From: Dehalococcoidia bacterium
Lineage (GTDB): Bacteria > Chloroflexota > Dehalococcoidia > Bin125
NCBI GenBank assembly: GCA_963555985.3
Contig: OY820591.1
Location: 2,912,001 to 2,976,000 of the forward strand
DNA length: 64,000 bases
Direction of reading: 5' to 3'
Part shown: in pieces, positions 1-11,049 of the stretch
How the letters are laid out: each line of letters begins with the position of its first letter
Position numbering within the stretch: the first letter of the stretch is position 1
The notes under the pieces: generated by a model
Databases searched by the model: none
What the model was told of the DNA's origin: nothing
What the model saw: the letters and a program-made list of their open reading frames with translations, nothing else
Position numbers and translations under genes: made by a program

Positions 1-1
1 C

Positions 2-172
2 ACACCTAAGCCCGAGCACGCCTTCTTGGTCGGCGACCGCTACCTGATCTTCCAGCGCGGCCGCCTGATCGAAGACCGTCGCAAAGGCACGTTAACCCTG
101 CAAGAACTCGCCCACGGCATGGCCGGCGGCGGCGAGATCGACGAACTGGAGCATGTGATCGCCACCACCTAG
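2..172 (+). CDS. 3' end of a sugar ABC transporter ATP-binding protein (partial)
   Basis: Own translation: TPKPEHAFLVGDRYLIFQRGR...MAGGGEIDELEHVIATT*, resembling the C-terminus of sugar ABC ATPases. Confidence 0.7.
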   Translation, partial: TPKPEHAFLVGDRYLIFQRGRLIEDRRKGTLTLQELAHGMAGGGEIDELEHVIATT

Positions 173-253
173 CGCTGCCCGCTCGGTTGGCAGGCGGTAA
201 ACTATTGGACACGGATGCGACTGCCGGCGCAGCCGGCGGCGAGAGGAGCCCCG

Positions 254-1141
254 ATGGTCGTTGAGACCGCGACGCAGACAGTGAAGTCAGGCCTGGCCCA
301 GATGCTCAAGGGCGGCGTGATCATGGACGTGGTCACGCCCGAACACGCGCGGATCGCTCAGGAGGCCGGAGCCTGTTCGGTGATGGCGCTGGAGCGCGTT
401 CCCGCCGACATTCGCAAGACCGGCGGCGTCGCCCGCATGAGCGACCCTTCCTTGATTCGCGGCATCATCGACGCCGTTTCGATTCCGGTCATGGCCAAAG
501 TGCGAATCGGACACTTCGTCGAAGCCTCGATCCTCGAAGCGCTGGGTGTCGATTACATCGACGAGTCCGAAGTGCTCACGCCCGCCGACGAGCACTTCCA
601 CATCAACAAGCACGAGTTCGCCGTGCCCTTCGTCTGCGGTTGCCGCGATCTGGGCGAAGCCCTGCGCCGGATCGCCGAGGGCGCGGCCATGATCCGCACT
701 AAGGGCGAAGCCGGCACCGGCAACATCGTCGAAGCGGTGCGCCATATGCGCGCCGTCCAGGGCGAAATCCGCCGCTTGCAGGGCATGGGCGACGAAGAGC
801 TCGTCTCCTACGCCCGCGACATCGGCGCGCCCGTCGAGCTCGTGCGCCAGACCCGCGAAGCGGGACGCCTGCCCGTGGTCAACTTCGCCGCCGGCGGCGT
901 CGCCACGCCCGCCGACGCCGCCCTGATGATGCGCCTGGGCGCAGACGGCGTCTTCGTGGGCAGCGGCATCTTCAAGTCCCAGGAGCCGGCGCGCATGGCC
1001 GAAGCAATCGTCCGCGCCGTCACTCACTACGAAGACGACGACGTGCTGGCCGAAGTCTCAACCAACCTGCCCCAGGCGATGCCCGGACTCGAACTCGCGG
1101 AAATCCCCGAACCCGAGCTGCTCGCCAAGCGCGGCTGGTAA
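254..1141 (+). CDS. pdxS: Pyridoxal 5'-phosphate synthase lyase subunit
   Basis: [36 protein letters not shown]; GAGGAG RBS before ATG 254. Confidence 0.98.
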   Translation: MVVETATQTVKSGLAQMLKGGVIMDVVTPEHARIAQEAGACSVMALERVPADIRKTGGVARMSDPSLIRGIIDAVSIPVMAKVRIGHFVEASILEALGVDYIDESEVLTPADEHFHINKHEFAVPFVCGCRDLGEALRRIAEGAAMIRTKGEAGTGNIVEAVRHMRAVQGEIRRLQGMGDEELVSYARDIGAPVELVRQTREAGRLPVVNFAAGGVATPADAALMMRLGADGVFVGSGIFKSQEPARMAEAIVRAVTHYEDDDVLAEVSTNLPQAMPGLELAEIPEPELLAKRGW

Positions 1142-1166
1142 CGGCAGAGGAGACCACGCAACCACC

Positions 1167-1811
1167 TTGACCCGCTCGAGCCAGCCCGACAATCCCACAG
1201 TGGTGGGAGTACTCGCCCTCCAGGGCGACTTCGCCGAGCACGCGGCCAGTCTGCGCCGGATCGGCGCGACTCCGCTTGAAGTCCGCACCCGCGCACAACT
1301 CGAACAGGTCGACGGCCTGATCATCCCCGGCGGCGAGAGCACGACCATCTCGCGCTTGATGATCCAGTACGACCTGCGCGAGCCGATCATCTGTCTGGGA
1401 CGAGACGGCTTCCCGATCTGGGGCACCTGCGCCGGCGCGATCCTGCTGGCCACCGAAATCGAGACGCTCGATCGCCCCGCCCTGCATCTGCTCCCGATGA
1501 CGATCGAGCGCAACGCTTACGGCCGCCAGATCGACTCGTTCGAAGCAGATCTGCCCAGCGCCGCTCTCGGCGGCCCGCCTCTGCACGCAATCTTCATTCG
1601 CGCCCCCCGCATCCGCGCGGTAGACCCGGACGTGGATGTGCTCCTCAGCCTCGAAGATGAGCCGGTCGCCGTACAGTACGGATCCCTGATGGCGAGCACC
1701 TTCCACCCCGAACTGACCAACGACGGCCGCCTGCACGCGCGCTTCGCCGCACTCTGCGCGGAACAGCGCGATCGACGATGGAATCGAGAGCAATGGCTGA
1801 ACCGCTGTTGA
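1167..1811 (+). CDS. pdxT: PLP synthase glutaminase subunit
   Basis: GVLALQG, PGGESTT, GTCAG, FHPEL; follows pdxS. Confidence 0.97.
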   Translation: MTRSSQPDNPTVVGVLALQGDFAEHAASLRRIGATPLEVRTRAQLEQVDGLIIPGGESTTISRLMIQYDLREPIICLGRDGFPIWGTCAGAILLATEIETLDRPALHLLPMTIERNAYGRQIDSFEADLPSAALGGPPLHAIFIRAPRIRAVDPDVDVLLSLEDEPVAVQYGSLMASTFHPELTNDGRLHARFAALCAEQRDRRWNREQWLNRC

Positions 1812-3445
1812 CCACCCTCCCCCAGGCGCAGCAGGCGGACGACCTCACCGCCCTGCTCGCCACCCTGCCCGCCGACATCTGCGCCGCAATCGACGCGCAC
1901 GGCGACCGCAACGGCCTGCTCGAAGTCGTGCTCGACCTCGGACGCGCGCCCCAGGCCCGCTTCCTCGACGGTGAGTTCGACCTCAGCGAGCGCGAAGTCA
2001 CCGCCGCCGACCTTCAGGCCGTGGTCGCTCAACTCGGCGAATTCGGAGCCGACAACCGCGCCGGCATCCCCCGCACCCTGCATCGGATCGCCTGCATCCG
2101 CAACCGCCAGCAGCTGATCGTGGGACTCACCATGCGCGTCGGACGCGCCGTCTCCGGCTCGGTCGCCGTGATCCAGGATTACGTCGACGCGGGCGCTTCG
2201 ATCCTGCTGCTCGGACGCCCGGGCGTGGGCAAGACCACGCTCTTGCGCGAGGTCGCCCGCGTGCTCGCCGAGCAGGGCAAGCGTGTGATCATCGTCGATA
2301 CCTCCAACGAGATCGGCGGCGACGGCGACATTCCCCACGCCGGCATCGGCCGCGCCCGCCGAATGCAGGTCCAGCGCCCCGAATTGCAGCACGCCGTGAT
2401 GGTCGAAGCGGTCGAAAATCACATGCCCGAAGTGATCGTGATCGATGAGATCGGGACCGAACTCGAAGCCCAGGCCGCCCGCACCATCGCCGAGCGCGGC
2501 GTCCAACTGGTCGCCACCGCGCACGGCAACACGCTCGCCAACCTGATGCTCAACCCGACCCTCGTCGATCTGATCGGCGGCATCCAGACCGTCACCCTCT
2601 CCGACGAAGAGGCGCGGCGGCGCGGTACGCGCAAATCGGTGCTGGAGCGCAAAGCGCCGCCGACCTTTGAGGCGCTGGTCGAGATTCAGTCGTTCAACCG
2701 CGTCGCGCTGCACTCCCACCTCGACGCAACCGTGGACGCCTTGCTGCGCGGCGAAACGGTGGAGGCGGAGATCCGCGAACTCGACGACGAGGGCGGCGTG
2801 CATATCCGCGCGGGCACCTCGGTCGCAGGCGGCGTGGAGAGCGCATCCAACGAGTTCTTCGCCCGCGCCTTCGCCGACAACCACGCCGGCGGCGGCAACG
2901 GCGCTCCCGCATACGCCTCATCCGCGACTCCCCTGCGCCGCCGCTCCGGCCGCGCCCAGCGCCCTCCCCTGGGCGCGGCGGCGCAACCGCACCAGAAGCT
3001 CTATCCGATCGGCGTCTCCCTCTCACGCCTGCGCGAAGCGGTGCGCGAAAGCGGCGCCAACGTCTCGATCGCCGAGCGGGTCGAAGAGGCCGACGTAGTA
3101 ATGACCCTGCGCTCGGCCTTCCGCCGCCGCCCGCCCGAACTGCGCCTGGCCGAATCGCGCCGCCTGCCCGTCGTCGTGCTCAAGCACAACACGGTCTTGC
3201 AGATGGAGCAAAGCCTGCGCGCGCTCTCACGCGGCGCCTCCCCCGACGACGCCGTCTCCGCCGCTCTCTCCGAAGCCGAAGACGCCATCTCCGCGATCCA
3301 CTCCGGCCAGCAGTCCTCCGTCGATCTCACCCCTCAAAACCCCTACATCCGCAAGCTCCAACACCAACTCGCCAGCGATCAAGCCCTCACCTCCACCAGC
3401 AAAGGCCGAGAACCAAACCGCCGCGTCCGCATCCACGCCAACTAA
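1793..3445 (+). CDS. Ycf45/SpoIIIAA-like AAA ATPase with C-terminal R3H domain
   Basis: Walker A GRPGVGKTT, IVIDEIG, C-terminal RKLQH...GREPNRRV; alternative start 1778. Confidence 0.9.
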   Translation: MAEPLLTTLPQAQQADDLTALLATLPADICAAIDAHGDRNGLLEVVLDLGRAPQARFLDGEFDLSEREVTAADLQAVVAQLGEFGADNRAGIPRTLHRIACIRNRQQLIVGLTMRVGRAVSGSVAVIQDYVDAGASILLLGRPGVGKTTLLREVARVLAEQGKRVIIVDTSNEIGGDGDIPHAGIGRARRMQVQRPELQHAVMVEAVENHMPEVIVIDEIGTELEAQAARTIAERGVQLVATAHGNTLANLMLNPTLVDLIGGIQTVTLSDEEARRRGTRKSVLERKAPPTFEALVEIQSFNRVALHSHLDATVDALLRGETVEAEIRELDDEGGVHIRAGTSVAGGVESASNEFFARAFADNHAGGGNGAPAYASSATPLRRRSGRAQRPPLGAAAQPHQKLYPIGVSLSRLREAVRESGANVSIAERVEEADVVMTLRSAFRRRPPELRLAESRRLPVVVLKHNTVLQMEQSLRALSRGASPDDAVSAALSEAEDAISAIHSGQQSSVDLTPQNPYIRKLQHQLASDQALTSTSKGREPNRRVRIHAN

Positions 3446-3514
3446 CCCCGTCGACCTCCACTCCCCCCCCACCCGCCTCCAGCTTCGTAGGCCGGATCGC
3501 TCTCCCCCCTTGAG

Positions 3515-3658
3515 GAGAGTTGCGCGTAAATCACATTCCCGTTGCTCTCGTCATTCCAGCGAACGCTGGAATCTCGCTCCGACCAGATAGTCCACAATTC
3601 CGGACGAGATTCCAGGTCAAGCCTGGAATGACGGAATCCGGGATTACGCGCAGGTCTC
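3515..3658. mobile_element. 144-bp MITE with imperfect TIRs and a 6-bp target duplication (CTTGAG), carrying two GTCATTCC/GGAATGAC palindromes
   Basis: Left end GAGAGTTGCGCGTAAATC, right end (rc) GAGACCTGCGCGTAATC; CTTGAG at 3509-3514 and 3659-3664; 122 bp near-identical at 55803-55924. Confidence 0.85.
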
Positions 3659-3659
3659 C

Positions 3660-3835
3660 TTGAGGGGGAGATGCCCCAACGGGGCAGAGGGGGTGAAAAC
3701 GCTCCAATCCTCTCTCCCTTCGCAGAGACCGCCGCAAAAGTCCCCTCCCCCCGCACCACGGGGGATGTCACAAAGCCAAGTTCCCCTCTCCCCCCCTTGC
3801 GGGGGGAGATGTCACGTAGTGACAGAGGGGGGGTC
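3660..3835. repeat. REP-like palindromes (CCCCTCTG..CATCTCCCCC..GGGGAGA family)
   Basis: ggggagatgccccaacggggcagaggggg and ctccccccttgcggggggagatgtcacgtagtgacagaggggg; related copies near 15321, 18856, 19061, 55771. Confidence 0.8.
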
Positions 3836-3922
3836 CTCTGCCCTTGAGCAGCTGAGATCGCGCGGTAACGGAGAGCCCCCCAAAACCCAACTGTGACCCC
3901 CGCAACACTCCGTCCCGCCACA

Positions 3923-3943
3923 GAACGCCCGTCCGTATATGAT
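3923..3943 (+). promoter_or_regulatory. Putative SOS-box-like operator next to a -10 box
   Basis: GAAC-gccc-GTCC-gta-TATGAT; same geometry at 18586-18566 and 56112-56092 on the minus strand. Confidence 0.5.
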
Positions 3944-4040
3944 CAACCGCACCAAACTCCCCGTCCGCCGCCAACGGAACCCGCCATGACCGCCAACACA
4001 CATCTGGACTACCCAAGACAAACCGCGATTCACACTCACG

Positions 4041-4100
4041 TTTCCGAGACAAATCGAGACAGATCTGGACGAATCTGGACAAATCTGGACAAATCCGGAC
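4041..4100 (+). repeat. Six degenerate 10-bp tandem units (aaatctggac)
   Basis: tttccgagac aaatcgagac agatctggac gaatctggac aaatctggac aaatccggac. Confidence 0.85.
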
Positions 4101-4185
4101 TACCCCCGAGTGAATTCCCCCCATTTCACCGCTTATTCCGCTTCTGCGCCCCAAATTTCTTTACTGAACCTTCCAGGCAGGCGGG

Positions 4186-4845
4186 ATGTCTCCCATGACG
4201 CACTCCCCGCCCAACTCCGGCAGTACCTGCTTCATCACCATCGAAGGCGGCGAGGGCGCCGGCAAGACCACGCTGGCCCAGGCGCTGGCGGAGCGGCTGC
4301 GCGCGCAGGGCCGCTCCGTGCGCCTGACCCGCGAACCCGGCGGCTCTGCGCTCGGCCAGGCGCTGCGCACGCTGGTGCTCGACCCCCAACTGCAACTCAC
4401 CGATTGGAGCGAGACCTGCCTCTTCCTCGCCGATCGCGGCGCAAATGTCGAGGGTGTCATTCGTCCCGCTCTGGCGGCCGGTGAGATCGTGTTCTGCGAC
4501 CGCTATCTCGATTCGACTCTGGCCTACCAGGGCTACGGACGCGGCCTGGATCTCGGTCTGCTCCGTCGCCTCAACGAAGCGGTGACCGGCGGACTCTTAC
4601 CCGAGCTCACCCTGCTGCTCGATCTCCCGCCCGAACTGGGCTTGGCCCGCACCCGCGCCCGATCCGATCCGGGCGACCGCATCGGCGACGCCGCGTTCGC
4701 CTTCCACCAGCGCGTCAATGCCGGCTTTCGCGCGCTGGCGGAGGCGGAACCGTCGCGCATCCGAGTGATCGACGCGACTCAATCAGCTCAAGATGTGCTC
4801 CGCGATGCATGGCTTCTGGTAGAGCGATGCACGGCGCGCGCCTAA
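4186..4845 (+). CDS. tmk: Thymidylate kinase
   Basis: FITIEGGEGAGKTT, TREPGG, CDRYLDSTLAYQG. Confidence 0.97.
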   Translation: MSPMTHSPPNSGSTCFITIEGGEGAGKTTLAQALAERLRAQGRSVRLTREPGGSALGQALRTLVLDPQLQLTDWSETCLFLADRGANVEGVIRPALAAGEIVFCDRYLDSTLAYQGYGRGLDLGLLRRLNEAVTGGLLPELTLLLDLPPELGLARTRARSDPGDRIGDAAFAFHQRVNAGFRALAEAEPSRIRVIDATQSAQDVLRDAWLLVERCTARA

Positions 4846-4857
4846 ACTGAAATTGCG

Positions 4858-5762
4858 ATGACAACACCTCCCGAAGCGACCCCCGGCGAGCGCGTGACCG
4901 TGCGCGTGCCCGCCTCTACCGCCAATCTGGGCACGGGTTTCGACGCCGCCGGCGTCGCGCTCCAGCGCTACGCCACGATCACCGTCTCGATCGACAGCGG
5001 CGACGAGGGCGATCGCTCGCCCATGAGCCGCCACGTGCGCAAGGCCGTGCGCGCCGTCTACCGCCATTTGGGCGGCGATCGGCCCGATCAGGACCAGATC
5101 GAAGTCGTGGTCGACACGAATATCCCGCTCGGCCGCGGCCTCGGCGCGAGCGCCGCCTCGCGCGGGGCCGGAATAGTCGCCGCCAACGCGCTGCTGGGCA
5201 GCCCGCTTGACGATCAGGAGCTACTCGAACTGGGCGCATCCCTGGAGGGCCACGCCGACAACATCGCGCCCGCCCTCTTTGGCGGCTGTCAGATCGTGGC
5301 GATGGACGGATCGCGCGTGACGAGAGTCGCCCTGCCGGTCGCGGACGGTCTGCGTTTCGTCGGTTTTACGCCCAGTTTCAACATGTCCACCAAGAAGGGC
5401 CGCGCATTGCTGCCCGAAAGCCTGTCGCGCGCCGACGCCGTCCACAACAGCTGCCGCTCGGCGCTCTTGACCGCCGCGCTCGCCACCGGTTCCTGGGACG
5501 CCTTGGCGGAGGCCGTGGACGACCGCTTGCATCAGCGTCCGCGCAGCGCGCTCTTCCCCACGATGTTCGAGTTCTTCGACGCCGCCGTCGCCGGCGGCGC
5601 CTGGGCCGCCTATCTCTCCGGCGGCGGCTCCACCCTGATGGCCTTGGCCGGCGAAGAAGCCGCGCCGAGCGTGCTCACCGCCTTCGAGCAAGCAGCTGCC
5701 GCCCGCAGCATCGGCGGGCAGGGCTTCATCACCGCAATGGACACCAGCGGGGCGACCATTCT

Positions 5763-5766
<4 letters not shown>
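4858..5766 (+). CDS. thrB: Homoserine kinase
   Basis: VPASTANLGTGFD, GHMP motif PLGRGLGAS, EGHADN. Confidence 0.96.
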
Positions 5767-6986
<1,220 letters not shown>

Positions 6987-7098
6987 CAGAACCTCTCCAC
7001 TGACGAATTTCACCTCGGATTGAAGCAGGCCGCAGCGGCAACAGCGACAGTAGGCGAGGGCGTCGCGCCCCCTCCCTACCATGCGCTGAGGGCTGCCC

Positions 7099-10000
7099 AT
7101 GTTCGCGCACCTGCACACCCACACCGAGTACTCCGAACTCGACGGTCTCTCCAAGATCGCCGCCCTGACCGCCCGCGCCAAGCGCTTGGGCCAGGACTCG
7201 CTCGCGATCACCGATCACGGCAATCTCTACGGGGCGATTGAGTTCTACCGCGCGGCCAGGTCCGAGGGTCTGCGTCCGGTCTTGGGCATGGAGGCTTACG
7301 TCGCGCCCGGCGACCGGCGCGACCGCGAGGCCGGACGCGAGGCCGCAACCAACGCCTACCACCTGGTGCTGCTGGCCGAGAACAACACTGGCTGGCGCAA
7401 CCTGATTCAGCTCTCAACGCGCGCCCATCTGGAGGGCTTCTACTACCGCCCGCGCGTCGACCGCGAACTGCTGGCCGAGTACAGCGAGGGCGTGATCGTG
7501 CTCTCCGGCTGTCCCTCAAGCGAACTCCAGCGGGCGCTGCAAGACGACGATCTGGAACAGGCGCACCGGATCGCGGCCTGGTACCGCGAGACCTTCGGCG
7601 ACCGCTACTACCTCGAGATCCAGCGTCACGACAAGCTGCCCCAGTTCGAGCCGGCCCTGAAGCACACCGTGCAGATGTCGCACGATCTCGGCGTTCCGCT
7701 GGTGGCGACTCAGGACGCGCACTACTGCGAGCCCGGCGACCACGACGCGCACGATCTCCTGCTCTGCATCGGCACCAACGCGCAACGCGCGGACGAGAAG
7801 CGCTTCCGCTTCGACGGCGAGGACTTCTACCTCACCGACGAGGACTACATGACGCGCCAGTTCGCCGATCTGCCCGAAGCGGTGAGCAACACCCAACTCG
7901 TCGCCGAACGCTGCCAGGTCGAGCTCGATTTCGACCGTCTACGCCTGCCCCAGCCCGACATCCCCGAGGGCATGACCGCATTGGAGCATCTCACCGATCT
8001 CGCCTGGCGCGGGCTGGAGCAGCGCTACCGCGCCCCCACGCCCGTACATGAAGACCGCTTGCGCTACGAGCTGCATGTGATCGAGCAGACTGGCTTCGCC
8101 GAGTACTTCTTGATCGTGATGGACTTCTCCCACTTCGCCCGCGAGCGGGAGATCGCGAAAGCAGTGCGCGGCAGCGCCGCCGCGAGCCTGGTGCTCTACT
8201 GCCTCGGCATCACCGATATCGACCCGATCGAGCACTCGCTCGTCTTCGAGCGCTTTCTCAATCTCGAGCGCCGCGAGATGCCCGATATCGACATGGACTT
8301 CGCCGACAACCGGCGCGACGAAGTGATCCGCTATGTCGCCGAGAAGTACGGACGTGACCGCGTAGCCCAGATCATCACCTTCGGCACCTTGGGCGCGAAG
8401 GCGGCGATCCGCGATTCGGCGCGCGCGCTGGGGATTCCCTTGAGCGAGACCAACCGCGTGGCGCAGATGGTGCCGAACCAACTGAATATCTCGGTGGCGG
8501 ACGCGATCGCGCAGTCGTCCGAGCTGCGAGGCGCGCGGGATGCGGATCCGCTGATCGCGGAGTTGCTGTCCTACGCGCAGCGGCTGAACGGGGTAGTGCG
8601 CAACACGAGCACACACGCGGCGGGCGTGGTGATCTCACAGGAACCGCTGGCCGAGAACGTGCCTCTGCGCCGCCCCGTGAGCGAAAGCGAGGGCGACGGC
8701 TGGATTCCGATGACCCAGTGGGGCATGGACGAGGTCGCGGCCGTCGGTCTCCTGAAGATGGACTTTCTCGGTCTAACCAATCTCACGATTCTCGAGGAAG
8801 CAGTCGAGCTCGTGCGCGAACATGAGGGGATCGAGATCGATTATCTCGCGCTGGCCGACGGCGATCCTGCGACCTGCGAGATGCTCGCACGAGGCGATAC
8901 GTTCGGCGTCTTTCAGCTTGAATCGGGTGGAATGCGGCGCGTGGTGGTTGATCTCCAACCGACCTCGATCCGCGACCTCGCCGCGCTGCTCGCGCTCTAC
9001 CGTCCCGGCCCGATGGAGCACATCCCGCGCTTCATCGAAAGCCGCCACGGACGCGCCCGCGTGACCTATCCCCACCGTGATCTGGGCGAGATTCTCGACG
9101 ACACCTATGGGGTCATCGTTTACCAGGACCAGGTGCTGCACATCGCCCGCAAGTTCGCCGGCTACACGCTGGGTCAGGCCGATGTGATGCGCAAGGCGAT
9201 GGGCAAGAAGATCGCCTCGGTGATGCAGGCCGAACGCGGCAACTTCGTCAATGGCGCGGTCGCACAGGGCTATTCCCAGCGCGACGCGGATACGATCTTC
9301 GAGTTGATCGAGCCGTTCGCCGGTTACGCCTTCAATAAGGCGCACGCGGTCTCCTACGCCGCGATCGCCTATCAGACCGCTTGGTTCAAGGCGAATCACT
9401 CGGCTCCCTACATGGCGGCTGTACTGCGCGCCGCTTCGGGCAACAGCGACCGCGTGCGAGCAGCCGCGGCTGAGTGCGGACGGCTCGATATTCCCCTGCT
9501 GCCGCCCGACATCAACCGCTCGCAAAAGACCTTTGCGCTCGAGCGCATGGCCGACGGTCGCAGCGCGATCCGGTTTGGTCTGGGCACGATCAAGAACGTT
9601 GGCATGGGTGCGGTGGAGCCGCTGATCGAAGAGCGAGAGGCGAACGGGCCGTTGCAGGGATTTGCCGACCTCTGCGACCGGATCGACGCCAAATCGCTCA
9701 ACCGGCGCGCGCTCGAATCGTTGGCCAAGGCGGGCGCGTTCGACAGCATCGCGCCGCGCGGGCCGATGGTCGCGGCAGCCGAAGACATTCTGAAGCGAGC
9801 GCGCCGGGCGCAGGAACTGCGCGACAGCGGGCAGATGTCGATGTTCGACATCTTCGGGCAGGAAGTAGACACGCCCACGCCGGAAGTGGCGCTCTCCGAG
9901 GAGATCGACGCGACGCCGCAGGAGCAGCTGCACTGGGAGCGGGAGCTACTGGGGACATACGTCTCGCAGCATCCCCTGCAAGCCGCCGAACGCGCCTTAC

Positions 10001-10743
10001 AGGGACGTCTCGATGCGCAACTCGTCGAGCTGACCGAGGACATGGCGGGACGCACGGTGACGGTGGCGGGATTGGTCAACAGCGTGCGGATGCTGACGAC
10101 CCGCAAGGGCGACACATTCTGCGCCGTGACGCTCGAAGATTTGTCCGGCTCGGCTGAATTGACGGTCTGGCCCGAGCAATACCGCGCGACCAAAGAGATT
10201 TGGGAACAGAACAAGATCGTGGTGGCGACGGTCTCGATCCGAAGCCGGAATGATCGCCTGACGATCGCCGTCGATCGGGCGGACGCTTGGAACGAGGATG
10301 CCGGTCCGGCGGCGATCGAAGCGCCGCCCGAATTGCCGGCGCTGCCTGCTCCGCCGGCGGCGTTGCCCGCCCCCGCGCCGATTCCGCCGCCCCCACCTCC
10401 GCCAGCAGCGTCAGCGCCGCCGCCGTCGGCGGCGAGCGGCGGCACGACTGGGCCGGCGCTCTGGATCACGATTCAAGAGTCGGACGATGCGGAGACCGAC
10501 CGCGGGCTGATGGAGCGGCTGGAGCACTTGTTGCGCGGAGTGCCGGGCGAGCACGCCGTCTTCCTCCGCATTCAGACGAGCGGCGGCGAAGAGGTCGTTC
10601 TGGCCTGTTCCGATGCCTGGCGCGTCAATGCCTCGTTCGCCACGGTCAGTGTGGTCAATGCGCTGCTGAGCGATCGGGGCAGCGCTGAGCTCGGCTCAGC
10701 TGTGCTGACAGCTCCCAGCGCGGGGGCGGCGGCCGGCGGCTGA
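7099..10743 (+). CDS. dnaE: DNA polymerase III alpha subunit
   Basis: PHP HLHTHTEYS, PDIDMDF, LLKMDFLGL, YAFNKAH, OB fold. Confidence 0.98.
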   Translation: MFAHLHTHTEYSELDGLSKIAALTARAKRLGQDSLAITDHGNLYGAIEFYRAARSEGLRPVLGMEAYVAPGDRRDREAGREAATNAYHLVLLAENNTGWRNLIQLSTRAHLEGFYYRPRVDRELLAEYSEGVIVLSGCPSSELQRALQDDDLEQAHRIAAWYRETFGDRYYLEIQRHDKLPQFEPALKHTVQMSHDLGVPLVATQDAHYCEPGDHDAHDLLLCIGTNAQRADEKRFRFDGEDFYLTDEDYMTRQFADLPEAVSNTQLVAERCQVELDFDRLRLPQPDIPEGMTALEHLTDLAWRGLEQRYRAPTPVHEDRLRYELHVIEQTGFAEYFLIVMDFSHFAREREIAKAVRGSAAASLVLYCLGITDIDPIEHSLVFERFLNLERREMPDIDMDFADNRRDEVIRYVAEKYGRDRVAQIITFGTLGAKAAIRDSARALGIPLSETNRVAQMVPNQLNISVADAIAQSSELRGARDADPLIAELLSYAQRLNGVVRNTSTHAAGVVISQEPLAENVPLRRPVSESEGDGWIPMTQWGMDEVAAVGLLKMDFLGLTNLTILEEAVELVREHEGIEIDYLALADGDPATCEMLARGDTFGVFQLESGGMRRVVVDLQPTSIRDLAALLALYRPGPMEHIPRFIESRHGRARVTYPHRDLGEILDDTYGVIVYQDQVLHIARKFAGYTLGQADVMRKAMGKKIASVMQAERGNFVNGAVAQGYSQRDADTIFELIEPFAGYAFNKAHAVSYAAIAYQTAWFKANHSAPYMAAVLRAASGNSDRVRAAAAECGRLDIPLLPPDINRSQKTFALERMADGRSAIRFGLGTIKNVGMGAVEPLIEEREANGPLQGFADLCDRIDAKSLNRRALESLAKAGAFDSIAPRGPMVAAAEDILKRARRAQELRDSGQMSMFDIFGQEVDTPTPEVALSEEIDATPQEQLHWERELLGTYVSQHPLQAAERALQGRLDAQLVELTEDMAGRTVTVAGLVNSVRMLTTRKGDTFCAVTLEDLSGSAELTVWPEQYRATKEIWEQNKIVVATVSIRSRNDRLTIAVDRADAWNEDAGPAAIEAPPELPALPAPPAALPAPAPIPPPPPPPAASAPPPSAASGGTTGPALWITIQESDDAETDRGLMERLEHLLRGVPGEHAVFLRIQTSGGEEVVLACSDAWRVNASFATVSVVNALLSDRGSAELGSAVLTAPSAGAAAGG

Positions 10744-10788
10744 GGCGTGATCGAATTCGCGTCCGCCTTATGGCGAGTAGGTGCCTGA

Positions 10789-11004
10789 TTGCATGTTCGG
10801 CATGGTGGTTCTATATTCAATTCATGCCGAACGCAAGTCCGTCTCTCGCATTGCCTCGCCGCCGGCTCAGCTGCCGCTCTGCGGTATCTCCGAGTCGCGT
10901 TCGCCGATATGGTGACGACATAGCAAGCAGTTATCGGCGTCATGCACCGCTCCTCCTGTGGGTTGCAGGGAGCGCGTGCATGAGCGATAGCCAAGACGGC
11001 GGCG
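10789..11004. ncRNA. Candidate structured RNA or leader between dnaE and rplI
   Basis: Four inverted-repeat stems (see findings); no recognised RNA family signature. Confidence 0.35.
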
Positions 11005-11049
11005 GTCGCGCATCTTGTGGATCGCTGTCCGCTCAGCGAGGTGATGGCG

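Noticed and set aside
2-25. Degenerate ABC H-loop (TPKP instead of THNP)
   Set aside because: At the window edge with the upstream frame unseen, so it cannot be evaluated
3442-3921. ORFs across repeat islands with shared peptides (e.g. FRHSRLDLESRPEL)
   Set aside because: The similarity comes from the MITE/REP DNA, not a protein family
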